A stretch of DNA of 64,000 nucleotides from positions 14,570,001 to 14,634,000 of the forward strand of contig NC_043004.1 in the NCBI RefSeq assembly GCF_006345805.1. The letters run 5' to 3'. The position numbers and the translations under genes are program-made. This stretch comes from Octopus sinensis (Eukaryota). This document shows positions 44,565 through 57,293 of the stretch, one piece after another (position 1 is the first letter of the stretch; each line of letters starts with the position of its first letter). Under the pieces are notes generated by a model. It searched no databases. It was given only the letters and a program-made list of their open reading frames with translations, and was not told the origin of the DNA.

Positions 44565-44656
44565 ATGGCTGTGTTGACCACTTTATGTTTATATATATAT
44601 ATATATATTATATATATATATATATAAACATAAAGTGGTCAACACAGCCATAACAT
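44560..44656. repeat. Perfect 31-bp inverted repeat around a (TA)n spacer
   Basis: ATGTTATGGCTGTGTTGACCACTTTATGTTT (44560-44590) and its reverse complement (44626-44656). Confidence 0.93.
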
Positions 44657-46339
44657 TATTTGACAAATATGGTATTAATTTAATGGTAGTGAGTTAAAAA
44701 ATAAGGTCTAAATTTTTCTCATATTAGTCATTAATGACAAATGTAGTTAATGACTAACTTTGAGAGTAAAATCATGAGTGCATAAAAGAAAAGTAATAAC
44801 GAAATTACGAATTAAGAACACGAAGTGAAATATATATTTCTGTTTCTACTTCGCAACAAAATGCTTGGGTAATTTAATATTTCGATCACTTACATTATCT
44901 ATAATTTCGTTTGCTACGTACACACACAAAGACACACACACGTATACACGCACATACACGTACACACACATACACAAACACCAACAAACACACAGACATG
45001 TATGCATATCAAATCATTCCAGGTGTCACCCAAGGGTCTCTCATGATACTAGTATATTATATCAAAGGATATTTCAGAACAAGTCAGTAATGAGAATTTT
45101 TTTTTTGTTTTGTTTTAGATTAGATTTAATTTAGATTAGATGAAATGCGAAGTCTAGTTTCAAGTACTTTACTGCTTAAGCTGTTAATATTGTGATGGTT
45201 TTTATAAAAATTCAGTCGGAAGCAAAACATTTATAGAAAACCGAACACAGCCAGTCGAATGTCAAAGTAATATTTATAACATGGAAGTCTGTCTTTGTGG
45301 AGAAAAATAGGAGATGACTCTAATGAAATAAAAAATGTCTTTCAGTAATTTTGACTCCCGCACTTTCACTATTTTCTATAATAATCATTACGAATATTTG
45401 TTAATGTTATATGTTTTATATGATAAAAGTACAGGTTAAAGTGTGTTTGTAAGTACATTCCAATTCTTGATTTTACTTATGTCAATTTTGCTTATAGGAA
45501 AACATAGTATTAACATAGACCATTTCCAATGTTTCCTTAGTTTCAAACTATCACAATATCCAATGAATTGTATTCAAATAAGTTTTTGTATCATATAACT
45601 TGGTTACAGTTGGTTGATAAATTCCAGGTAAAGTTATGCGTCTACTTACAATAGTTATTTCATCAAAATTAACATGATTATTTTTTTTATTGAAAACGTT
45701 TTTTTCTAATGGATACATTTTTTATAATGTACTATATCTTATCTAGCGTGACGCACTAGAAATATTGTTCTCACACAACTATCACATGACCCCTCATTGC
45801 TTTTTCACGCACTTATCATTAATACTCGTCTGAAGAGTGATATATTATATGATTTAAAATGTTTACAACTTGTTGATCTGCATTTTATTTCCATTTTATT
45901 TCCATTAGTCTTTCACTACAATAACTTCAAGATAAGTAAGTTTGAAATCACTCACAAAATAAATCAAATGATAATTGTAAAACTACGTAACAGACACTGC
46001 TTCTACATTGCAAGAATTAAGTGTGTAATGGATGTATAGATGCGGTAACAAAAGTTGAACGAGAGAGCTAAGTAATGAAATTAAATGTAATGAATTATGT
46101 AGAAAGCAGGAGGAAATTCATTTTCACTAAACGTAAATCGTGCTAAGGAATTCTTTATTGCTGAGAACACAACCTATCGGTTTGTCACATTTAACAAATG
46201 TAATAATTATGTATTTGAATACGTTAAACGACTGAAAATTAAAACTAAAAATAGCTTAGTTGTCAATATTACTTTACTATTACATCTCATAAATTAAGAA
46301 TTACAAAAACTAATGTGACTTCGTGGCGCTTACAAAAAT

Positions 46340-47210
46340 ATAAAGGGTGGGTGAAAAGGCATTAATAATTGGTAATATAATTCATATTCCTTTCACAAAT
46401 TTATTGAAACCAATTGCACATTTTCTTTATTATTTGGGAAAATGAAAGTCAATTTTCATATTTCAACGTAAGTACCGCTGGCGTCAACTAGTTTCCTCAA
46501 ACGGCCAGGGATGGAATGAACAACCTTCAAAAGGACATCGTCTGAGATTTGATTGAGAACCTCCTAAATCTGTGTCTCCAAGTCCTCCAGTGTGCGAGGT
46601 TTTGTCTTGTTCGCCTCCTCGATTATGTAACTCATGTAAAAAATCACGTGGAGAGAGATCTGGACTTCTGGACTTCTGAGGTCATAATCTTCGGGTTTTA
46701 GCTCCTGCACGTAATGGGTTTCCACGGACGAAAATTCACCTCTTTAGGCAACACCGTACGTATTGTGTGTCTTGTTAGTCCACTTTTACGAGCTGCTTGA
46801 CGTGTTGATGTTTGTGGGCTGCAATGAAACATTTCCTGCACTGTTACCACGTTCTCCGCTGATCAGGATGTGGTTGGACAGCCATTATTTCGTGGTCATC
46901 AGCTTTGCATGACATCTTTTTATTGTCTCCGATCATAATGTTGCACGCTTACCTTTCCATTCACGCCACTATCTCTGAACCAAACAATGGAATTCCACAC
47001 TTTATAGCATGCTGCTATTTTAGCTCGCTCATGAACAGTCAAGCGACCGGCCATCTGGAAAATATGAAATAAGAAAGAAAACAATAAGAAAATAAAAGCA
47101 AATCCCCATTAGTGTTATCTACTTAATAAATGTTTTCGTCATGAAGTCAGTAATACTAAAAATTCTTCTATAAACAATTTCAAATGCCTAGTTACTTTCC
47201 ACCCACAGAG
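46340..47210 (-). mobile_element. Internally deleted Tc1/mariner-superfamily element
   Basis: MAGRLTVHERAKIAA..ENVVTVQEMFHCSPQTSTRQAAR..RPWKPHYVQELKPED..RSPDLSPRDF..GRLRKLVDASGTYVEI; possible degenerate TIRs (GGTGGGTG[A/G]AAAG). Confidence 0.85.
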
Positions 47211-47469
47211 GAAGAGCATGATACACTTGGAAGATTTCAAAGATAAAATAGCCGACATGGGATGCTCTACAATATGGCTGCATCTTCTAGAAGTAATAAA
47301 AAAGAAATCCATCAAATCACGCTCAATTCTTCAAGCTCTGTGCAAATTCTATGTATTTCTACTTATACCGTAATATATCTGGAAAAAGAAGTGTTGATGA
47401 AGTATGTAACAACTTTAGCATACGTCACTCTAGTAGGAGCAAAACCTCAGATAAAAACAGCACAGTTTT

Positions 47470-48400
47470 TAAGGTTTCCTTTTCTAAAACACTAGAAAAT
47501 ATAGCGGTCATTTATTAATATACACATTATTTTGGAAAACATGTTTGACGACCACGCGTACATTATTCTGTTGAAAGATAATGAAATGTAACCAGTTTCT
47601 CTGTTATTATTTAGGTTCATAAAACGAATAAGTAATGCTAAAACCAACTAATCAGCTACAAATCAGCTACAAATAGTTTGCTAAGAAAACCATATTTGTT
47701 CTTGGAATTGAATTCTACTCGCAAGTATTCGAAGTTTTTTTAATTTTATTTTTTACTAGTAGCCATATATCTTTCGCAGTAAAGTTTATTGCGTGTAAAA
47801 ATTCATTGCGTTTAATTTTAACGATAAACTATCGACTTCTTTAGTTGCATAACACTACCATTTCAAAAGTGTCTGAGAATTCTGTTTTATAATATCAGGT
47901 AGTTAATATTGAAATGTAAAGTTCGAAATACCATGCGATTTCTATATAGCCTACCGAATATTACGTGCTATAACTAACGCCAGAAAACGAATCCTACGCA
48001 CATTGAACTGCATTAAGATTAGCAGCAGTGCAACTGAATAACATATAATTAGAAATACACATGTCCCTATAGCTGAACCACAGTTACAAACATTCTTGAA
48101 TTCGCTGAAGCTGCATCCTATAAATCAACGAACTTAATATATAGGTTCGCAGAATTTGATTTTCTTCATGTGTTTATATGTATTTCTAACTTCTTATGCT
48201 GCATTGGACAAGTTAAGATTTTTTGCAAAATATTTCGATAATTTTCTTTATTTTTAGTTGGATATCTTATGCATTAACTGGTTTCCATCATCGGCACGTG
48301 AAAATACTGGAGCAATACGTTTCAGATATTTAATTCTTTACAATTTTCGTCGAGCGAATTTTATGCATATAAGGTTTTAGGCAACAGGGCATCGCAGTAA
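47470..48400 (+). pseudogene. Possible decayed intronless rhodopsin-class GPCR
   Basis: Ordered motifs across frameshifts: LENIAVI (TM1), FFTSSHISFAVKFIA (TM3), IPCDFYIAYRILRAI..RKRI (TM5), SIIFFIFSWISYAL (TM6), FSSSEFYAYK (TM7); many stops. Confidence 0.42.
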
Positions 48401-48748
48401 AGGTTACGTATCGAGAGTGCATTGCGGTTAGATTGGGAGCACGTAAGTGTTAAAAAATAATAATAGGGATGTCAGTCCTAAGTTCAAGGTGTACACATTC
48501 CAACAGCTGATATATTTTATTCATACGCGCACACATATATATGCATGAATATGTATGTATATATATATATATATATATATTCCGGTAGAATTTATCTTAT
48601 TTAATGCAGTCATAAAAGATCACTTCAAAATATATATGCCACCAGCATCAGGTAAAATTCTCATGCATACACATATGTGATTATATATGTATACATACAT
48701 ACACACAAACACACACACACATATATATATATATTATAATATATATAT

Positions 48749-48792
<44 letters not shown>

Positions 48793-48817
48793 TTTATTTA
48801 AAAGCAGCAGAATTCAA

Positions 48818-48867
48818 CAAAACCTGTTACTCTGAGTTTCACGTTCCCGTTCGTCGGACAGTTTTTG
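48818..48867 (-). ncRNA. Type I hammerhead-like motif with CCGACGA core
   Basis: Stem I CAAAAACUGU/ACAGGUUUUG (9 of 10 bp); CCGACGA; stem II ACG-GGAA-CGU; GAAA; CUC-A-GAG; GUA^ site. Confidence 0.68.
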
Positions 48868-48962
48868 TAAAAAACTGTCCGACGAATAAAGCATATTACT
48901 CTACCCTTGGTATTTGAGTACTCTTTTTTCCACCTTATTTCACATTTATCTGTTTATTCCGG

Positions 48963-49005
<43 letters not shown>

Positions 49006-49008
<3 letters not shown>

Positions 49009-49818
49009 GAATTTTTTATATATAATGAACGTGAAATACAGGAAGGGACGAACACGGAACACAGACAAATCATTCGAAGCCTTCAATCTTCAGTCAGACA
49101 CCGAATCATCATAGCAAATTTCGGCTGTTCAATTCTGATATTTGCTTCAACTCGGCCAGCCCCAAGAAAAAAAACTAAGCTATAAGCATTAGATTTCTTG
49201 GTAGAAGACAGGAATGTGAACGCACAAGACGGATGTGAATACAAGAGACGAAAACGAAATTGAAAACAGTAATGAAAAAACAAAATATATATAACGGTGG
49301 TTGTCATACGACTTTAGACCAAATGAGACAAAACAACAACAACATAGCAGCTGGCGTAGAAATAATTACCGTTTCGGTAGCGGGGACACATGTTGGTCGA
49401 GATACGAAGGCCAACAGAATGGTTGAAGAAGCAGCAGGTCGCAGGAGAGAGAGAAGAGAGACAGAGAGAGAAGGGAATCAAAGAGGGTGGAAGGCAGGGG
49501 ACAGAATCAGTGACCAAGAGAGAAGGAGAAAGAAGGGATTAAGGAGGATGGGAGGAAGAGGGGAGGAGGATGGGAGGAAGAGAGGGGAAGAATCGGAGGG
49601 CGCCAAAAAAGTTTGGTGAAGAAGCAATGGCGGGTAGTAAAAGACTGTGTATAGAAGTCGTGCAGGGTTTAAAATTGGACAAACAAACGGGGGGGGGTGC
49701 ACGTAACGCCGCAATAATATAAGAATGAATGTTTTTATATATAATGAACGTGAAATACAGGAAGGGACGAACACGGAACACAGACAAATCATTCGAAGCC
49801 TTCAATCTTCAGTCAGAC
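49006..49818 (-). mobile_element. Non-coding ~715-bp-unit element, 1.13-mer, within (TA)n
   Basis: About 90-bp direct terminal repeats (49006-49098 and 49724-49818); reverse complement of 51561-52610. Confidence 0.88.
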
Positions 49819-49832
49819 ATATATATATATAT

Positions 49833-50697
49833 ATAATTTCAACAATTGAGGGTAAAATTAATTAATTATCAATTTCACCAAGTATTCAGTATGCAAAGGG
49901 ACCATTTAAGGCGAATTCAAATTATTACATTATATAAAAGGGCTTAGTAAAATAAATTACTTTGCTGCATACTGAACTCATTAGAAATAGCAGCTAAAAA
50001 AAACTTTTTTTTAAACTATTTCCAATACTTAAAGAAAACCTCTCTCATATAGTGTTTGCTCAATTCAACTCACGCAAATATGGGGGTAGAGACATTAAAA
50101 AATCAAGTGCAAAGGTTATTTGAGAACGTACGTTTCAAGATTAGTCAAAATCCGACATTTCTGTCATCAGCTCAGAACTCCCTGGTTTGGATTTGAAAAC
50201 ACTGAAAGTAGGAGCATACCTTTTCGGCTTCCTCTCGCTTCTGAAGATCTGTTCGTAACTAACAGTGCCAACAAACTCAAAAATGCAAGCGAAGAATTTC
50301 TGCTCTCCCCTTTCCACCAGCGTGGGTTAAAATCAGTAAACACTATGCTTTTTTCGGTAAAATCCGCGGCATTATATAGAGAGAGATGAATTATAATTTC
50401 AACAATTGAGGGTAAAATTAATTAATTAATCAATTTCACCAAGTATTCAGTATGCAAAGGGACCATTTAAGGCGAATTCAAATTATGACTAATCTTGAAA
50501 CGTACGTTCTCAAATAACCTTTCCACTTGATTTTTTAATGCCTCTACCCCCATATTTGCGTGAGTTGAATTGAGCATACACTATATGAGAGAGGTTTTCT
50601 TTAAGTATTGGAAATAGTTTTAAAAAAAGTTTTTTTTTAGCTGCTATTTCTAATGAGTTCAGTATGCGGCAAAGTAATTTATTTTACTAAGCCCTTT

Positions 50698-50705
<8 letters not shown>
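49833..50705. mobile_element. Rearranged hammerhead-bearing element with direct and inverted segments
   Basis: 49833-49925 repeated directly at 50393-50486; 49929-50146 repeated inverted at 50487-50705; flanked by (TA)n. Confidence 0.85.
50121..50174 (-). ncRNA. Type I hammerhead ribozyme fold (ACGUACGU stem III)
   Basis: UGAG-CUGAUGA-[CAGA..GUC-GGAUUUU-GAC..UCUU]-GAAA-CGUACG-UU^-CUCA. Confidence 0.65.
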
Positions 50706-50724
<19 letters not shown>

Positions 50725-50738
<14 letters not shown>

Positions 50739-50960
50739 GACTGCGTGACCACCCAGGCTATCAGATGTTATGCATCGCTGGTCACAATGCACTCTTGTAT
50801 TGTTTTACCCTTCAAATGAGCAGGTCAACAATCCACCCTTATTGATGTGTGACTAGGACAATGTGAAATGAAGTGTTTTGCTCAAGATGACATCGCACCG
50901 CCCAGTCAGCGAATCGAACCACTATCTAGCGATCGTGACAGCAACAGTCTGACCACTGGG
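50725..50960 (-). mobile_element. tRNA-derived SINE, diverged
   Basis: Reverse complement CCCAGTGGTCAGAC..GGTTCGATTCGC head; tail similar to 28015-28100. Confidence 0.7.
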
Positions 50961-51353
50961 AATATTTACACTCATATACATGTGCGTATATGATATATAT
51001 TCATATTTGTATGTGCGTGTCTGTGAGTGTATATGTATGGTTGAGTGTAAGTTCTGAAACTAATGCACATCCCCCGCAGACAAACACATTAACACGAGCT
51101 TGCACACCTAATACATAAAGCAGTGTGTTATTTAAGATGTTACAACATAAACTAAGCAGAACTATAAATATATTATATTATATTTGATAGTGATGTCGCA
51201 AATTTTGAAAGGATATTACACTTTACATTTGCAACTTTGTATTTTGAAAGGAGGAAAGCATAGTTAAACTCTGAAATTGAATGAGTGTATCGACAACTAG
51301 GTTTATAGTACATCGTCACAGAGTGTTTCACTGAACATAGTATAGACATTCAT

Positions 51354-51475
51354 AGGCGCAGGAGTGGCTGCTTGGTAACTAGCTTGGTAACCGGCTTCAT
51401 TTCCACTGCGTGGCACCTTGGGTAAGTGTCGGTAGTGAGTGAATCTGGTAGACGAAAACTGAAAGAAGCCGTCGT
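51354..51475 (+). mobile_element. SINE family B, deleted copy
   Basis: GGCGCAGGAGTGGCTG..TGCGTGGCACCTTGGGTAAGTG..GAAACTGAAAGAAGCC. Confidence 0.82.
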
Positions 51476-51532
51476 ATCTATCTATCTATCTATCTATCTA
51501 TCTCTATCTATCTATCTATCTATCTACTATCT

Positions 51533-51560
<28 letters not shown>

Positions 51561-51564
<4 letters not shown>

Positions 51565-52610
51565 TGTGTTGTTTTGTCTCATTGGTCTAAAGTCGTATGA
51601 CAACCACCGTTATATATATTTTGTTTATTCATTACTGTTTTCAATTTCGTTTTCGTCTCTTGTATTCACATCCGTCTTGTGCGTTCACATTCTGTCTTTC
51701 TACCAAGAAATCTAATGCTTACAGCTTAGTTTTTTTCTTGGGGCTGGCCGAGTTGGAGCAAATATCAGAATTGAACAGCCGAAATTTGCTATGATGATTC
51801 GGTTGTCTGACTGAAGATTGAAGGCTTCGAATGATTTGTCTGTGTTCCGTGTTCGTCCCTTCCTGTATTTCACGTTCATTATATATAAAAACATTCATTC
51901 TTATATTATTGCGGCGTTACGTGCACCCCCCCGTTGTGTTTGTCCAATTTTAAACCCTGCACGACTTCTATACACACTGTCTTTTACTACCGCCATTGCT
52001 TCTTCACCAAACTTTTTGGCGCCCTCCGATTCTTCCCCTCTCTTCCTCCCATCCTCCTCCCCTCTTTCTCCCATCCTCTTAATCCCTTCTTTCTCCTTTT
52101 CTCTTGGTCCTGATTCTGTCCCCTGCCTTCCACCCTTTTGATTCCCTCTCTCTCTCTGTTCTCTCTTCTCTCTCTCCGACCTGCTGCTTCTTCAACCATT
52201 CTGTGGCCTTCGTATCTCGACCAACATGTGTCCCCGCTACCGAAACGGTAATTATTTCTACGCCAGCTGCTATGTTGTGTTGTTTTGTCTCATTTGGTCT
52301 AAAGTCGTATGACAACCACCGTTATATATATTTTGTTTTTTCATTACTGTTTTCAATTTCGTTTTCGTCTCTTGTATTCACATCCGTCTTGTGCGTTCAC
52401 ATTCCTGTCTTCTACCAAGAAATCTAATGCTTACAGCTTAGTTTTTTTTCTTGGGGCTGGCCGAGTTGGAGCAAATATCAGATTGAACAGCCGAAATTTG
52501 CTATGATGATTCGGTGTCTGACTGAAGATTGAAGGCTTCGAATGATTTGTCTGTGTTCCGTGTTCGTCCCTTCCTGTATTTCACGTTCATTATATATAAA
52601 AACATTCATT
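51561..52610 (+). mobile_element. Non-coding ~715-bp-unit element, 1.48-mer partial tandem
   Basis: Sequence from 51561 recurs at 52272 (period about 711); same 3-prime terminus (AAAAACATTCATT) next to (TA)n as the 49006 copy. Confidence 0.88.
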
Positions 52611-52616
52611 TATTTA

Positions 52617-52677
<61 letters not shown>

Positions 52678-52699
52678 TGTGTTGTGTGTGTATGTTTGT

Positions 52700-53160
52700 G
52701 TGTCTGTGTTTGTCCCCTACCATCGCTTGACAACCGATGGTGGTGTGTTTACGTACCCGTAGCTTAGCTATTCGGCAAAAGAGACCGATAGAATAGGTAT
52801 TTGGCTTCCAAAGAATAAGTCCTGGGATCAATTTGTTCGACTAAAGGCGGTGCCCCAGCATGACTGAAACAAGTAAAAGAGTAAAGAGTAAGAGTATGCC
52901 TTACTACAATTTCTGCCTTCCACGAAGTATATATATATATATTTATGTGTGTGTGTGTGTGTTCTTTGTTCTTTTATTCTTTTATTTTTTCAGTAATTTT
53001 AGTGCGGCCATACTGGAGCACTGCCTTTAGTCAAACAAATCGACCCCAAGATTTATACTTTGTATACTTATTCTATCAGTCGCTTTTGCCGAAAAGCTAA
53101 ATTACACACCAACATCGGTTGTCAAGCGATGGTGGTGATGGTGGTGGGAACATAGGCACA
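52700..53160. mobile_element. Two SINE C copies (-, 52700-52890; +, 52970-53160)
   Basis: Match 30880-31085. Confidence 0.85.
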
Positions 53161-53162
53161 CA

Positions 53163-53222
<60 letters not shown>

Positions 53223-53299
53223 TTATTTGAGGGAATAAAATCTCAACTTACATAACAAAAATTCCAATTTAGAAAAACTAAATCAAATTTCACACAATA

Positions 53300-53590
53300 T
53301 AATATATATATAAAAAATTAGAAAAAAAACACATTTTATCAATTCAAAGTGAACAATCAAATTACACCATGCAGAAAATTATATATAATTGAAATATTAA
53401 AATTAAAATAATAAAATTTCAATGATTAAGTAAATTGCAAAAAAATAATAAAAACGTATATAATTGGTACCAATTATATACCTTTTTATTACTTTTTTTT
53501 GCAATTTACTTAATCATTGACATTTTATTGTTATTTTAATTTGATAAAAGGTGTTTTTTTTTCTAATTTTATATATATATATATATATAT
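53300..53590. repeat. Imperfect AT-rich palindrome centred on GGTACC (53466-53471)
   Basis: About 70-bp inner arms plus outer arms 53303-53342 / 53540-53580, with an unpaired insert on the left. Confidence 0.85.
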
Positions 53591-53591
53591 A

Positions 53592-53927
53592 TGACAGGTT
53601 TCTTTCAGTTTCTGTCTACCAAATCCACTGATGAGGATTTCGTCGGCCCAAGGCTATAGTAGAAGATACTTGCGCAAGGTGCCACACGTTGGGATTGAAC
53701 CTGGAACTACATGGTTGGTAAGCAAGCTACTTCTGACACAACGCCAGTAGTTTTGTCTTGGGTCTGGTTGATCACATCGACCTTATTGCTCAATGGATAC
53801 TTATTATATCGACCGCTAACTGATGAAAAGCAAAATCGATCTCAGCGGAATTTCAACTCAGAACTTAAAGACGTACGAAATGCTGCGAAACATCTCACCC
53901 AGTGTGCTAACAATTCTGCCAGCTAGC
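53592..53927 (-). mobile_element. SINE B (53592-53745) abutting a diverged SINE A (53760-53927)
   Basis: Reverse complements of the families above. Confidence 0.8.
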
Positions 53928-53984
53928 TTTATATATATATATGTGTGTGTACCTAAATTTTGTACCTCTCTTACTCTGTGAATC

Positions 53985-54590
53985 CCCCTGTGATTTTTCT
54001 CGTTTTGTTTCACTTTCCCCTCTCTCACATTTCTTCGCCCTCATTCTTTAACTCCCACTATTTCCCACACGTTTATCTCCCCTGCATATTTCCCTTTTTC
54101 TCTGATTGTTTTATAATCCTTCAATCCCGCTGCCCCCTACCCATTTCTCCTTCTTCCACGTGAACGGTGTTCGACCAGCTTTGATCTTTCTTTCTTGGCC
54201 TGACTGCATCTCCCATGCTCCTGCCTTTAGGCTTTCACTCCATACACGCCAGCTCAATTAGAATCCTTCTCAGTCGAAAGACGCCTGTTATTTCTTGTAT
54301 GTATTCGTAATTCTGTACTATTTTATTTTTGTCTATGTTTTCGTGCACATTCGCTAGCTTTCTTGCAAAAGGGTCTAATGCTCTTAGCTTAGAATTTTTG
54401 GGGGTCAGCCAGATCGAATCATCTCAATTGTAACTGTCGGTAATGGTCGTGACTCCTGGTACTTGACTGAAGAAAGAAAGCCAAGAATACCCCGTCTTTT
54501 TGCCTGTCCTTCTAATTGTTGTTTCCCTTGTTCGCCTTTCTGTCGTCTATCTGTCCGAACGTTTTAACTCAGTCTGTTGCGTTTTTTCAA
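53985..54590 (+). mobile_element. Distant relative of the 715-bp non-coding element
   Basis: Pyrimidine-rich 5-prime part; shared TCTAATGCT....AGCTTAG..GGGG motif and CTGAAGA-N11-GAAT-N5-GTC (54467-54496); ends in (TA)n. Confidence 0.6.
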
Positions 54591-54689
54591 TATATATATA
54601 TATACATATATACATACATACATACATACATATATATACATATATATATATATATATTATATATATATTACATATATATATACATACAT

Positions 54690-54739
<50 letters not shown>

Positions 54740-54968
54740 ATTATATATATACATACATACATACATATATATACATATATATATATATATATACATACAT
54801 AATACATACATACATACATACATACATACATAATACATACATACATACATAATACATACATATATGTGTGTGTGTGTTCCATTAATCCCTATATATTAAT
54901 TTTCTCACTCCACTTTTTTCTCAGCCTCTCTCAGATTTTATTCTTTCTGCGTTTTTTTCCTCTTAATC

Positions 54969-55004
54969 CTTTCTGTCGAAGAGCGTAGGATCGAAACTTC
55001 AAAG
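54969..55004 (+). ncRNA. Second copy of the CUGUNGA hammerhead-like family
   Basis: CUUU-CUGUCGA-A-GAGC(GUAG)GAUC-GAAA-CUUC^-AAAG; more degenerate than 25350. Confidence 0.45.
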
Positions 55005-56939
55005 AATTTTTACATTCTTTCCGAGCATTGTCTATTGTTCTCTGTCTTCGTCTATTGTTCTCTGTAAATTTGAACTATATACACACGTACATACATGTAA
55101 ATATATACACCCATATATACATATGCGTACGTACAGACACGCCCCCATATATATGTACACACACACACATATATATATACACACATGTATATATGTATGC
55201 ATGTATCATATGTAGTAACTTTTCATGCATCAGTGGGTCAAGTCCAGATTTTTCAATTCTAATTACTCAATATTGATCCATCACTTTTCATCTGTAATTA
55301 AATTTTGTAAAATCTGAAATGTTACAGAGAACATACGGTCCAAGAAGATAAGAGTTTTCCATTACCATTGAAGTTGGAATCCGAATGAATACCTCATATT
55401 ATTAAATTGCTATAATGGATCTAGAAGGAAAATTAAATCTGTTCCATGTTATATGATTTCTTTAACAAACGTCTTTTGTATGTCATCTACCGAATATCTG
55501 TTGCTAAGTGAAATAAACTTTATCAGCAACATATATTTCAGGAGAACAGACACGGAAGCGCATACACAGAAATACGCGTATAGAAATATGTACGTATATT
55601 CATACATTAATATATGTATATACACATACGTATACAAGTCCGTATGAACATAACATATACATATACGTATATATATATATATATATGCACATAAAGATGC
55701 ACACATACACCTATGCATATGCATGCTTAGATATATACGTATGTTGTGTATATGTGATAATGTGTGTGTGTGTGCGTGTGTGTGTATATGGTAACATGAT
55801 TGGCATTGGATATGTAGTGAATGCAAAAGAAGCTGCACTCCTAGATAAGTATCAGAAATTAAAGTAACAAAACTGATATTCTATAAATAATTTGCAACTA
55901 ATTCAACACAGCAAATATTTACATGTACGCTTTTGATATTTACGTTTTAGCTGGTAAAAATGAACTGAAATATGCAAATGAGATAGCTAAGTGGATTTCA
56001 GATTAAATTTGTTTGCATAATATATAAACAAGCAAACGTTTATTATCTTATATGCTTTGAATTAATAAGTATTTCCTCTCCAAACTTTTGATAAAGCTCT
56101 GTTTATGTGTGATTTAGCTGACAAAGCTATTACAAACGAAAATATGCGTTGAAATATCTCCGAAGTGTATTATACATAATGAATATTAATGAGATGTGGC
56201 ATGAAAAATGCACCAAGTGAACAAGAAATAAAAAAAAGATGGGTTTTTTTAAAATAGATACTTACATAAATACTTACGACATTTTTCCAGGTTTATTACT
56301 CGCACGCCTACTCTGTAAATATTTTTCCTAATAGTTCTCAAATTGTGCAAACGATTTTATGTATGTTTACCTGTTCTGTTTTAATGCAACCAAACAAAGC
56401 AAAATGGAATAAAATGACTAAACATACTTGGAAACAGACGAAATTCTAATGATTTATTCTAATTCTTTATAATTCTAATTCTTTATAAATGTGTTACAAA
56501 CTATTCGTTTCTATATTTCATACCTAAATGTACCCAATGATCCAATGGCACTGAAACTTGTTCTTTATTTATATAGGATGTATATTGCTTGGTTGCAAAC
56601 AGAAAATGACCTGTATTATACTTGTGTAATTTTCAGAGCAACATGCATACAGAGAATAACGAGTGTTCTTGTATGCTTCCAAGGGATGCATCATTATTTT
56701 GGTGCTCAGGATAGTTTATGCTAGTGAGATGTACATAGTGTCCTCTCTATAGAGTATAGTAATAGCAATAAAGAGAACATTCCTATTTACCTCTTTGTTG
56801 CATTAAATATTCAGGAAAAATAATTTCATACAATTCGGATTTGCTCACTAATATCCGATAGGTGGATTAACACTCTATGCAATTATACGACAATAAATTT
56901 GAATTAAACCCCTTCGGTAAGAAGCTGCACTCAATCTAC

Positions 56940-57218
56940 CATAGTATTTCCTCTGGTGAAAACCCCGTGGCAGCAAACACTGCAAAGGACCTCGGCGAAA
57001 TTATCGGCAATAACTTAAGCTAGAATGCTCACATACACACAATGTCGACATGACCCATAGGGTATGCTCCCGGATTCTCAGGATTTTCCAGTTTCGAGAC
57101 ACTTCTATCATTATCCTTCTCTTCTCTAACATCATCCTTTCTCAGCTTGGATGCTGTTGTTCGCTCTGTGTCTCCTTACATAAAACAACATATGATAAAA
57201 ATTGAAGCACACCCGAGA

Positions 57219-57293
<75 letters not shown>

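Noticed and set aside
49260-52506. Several repeated 65-120-aa ORFs in the 715-bp element
   Set aside because: No domain, and frames differ between copies because of indels
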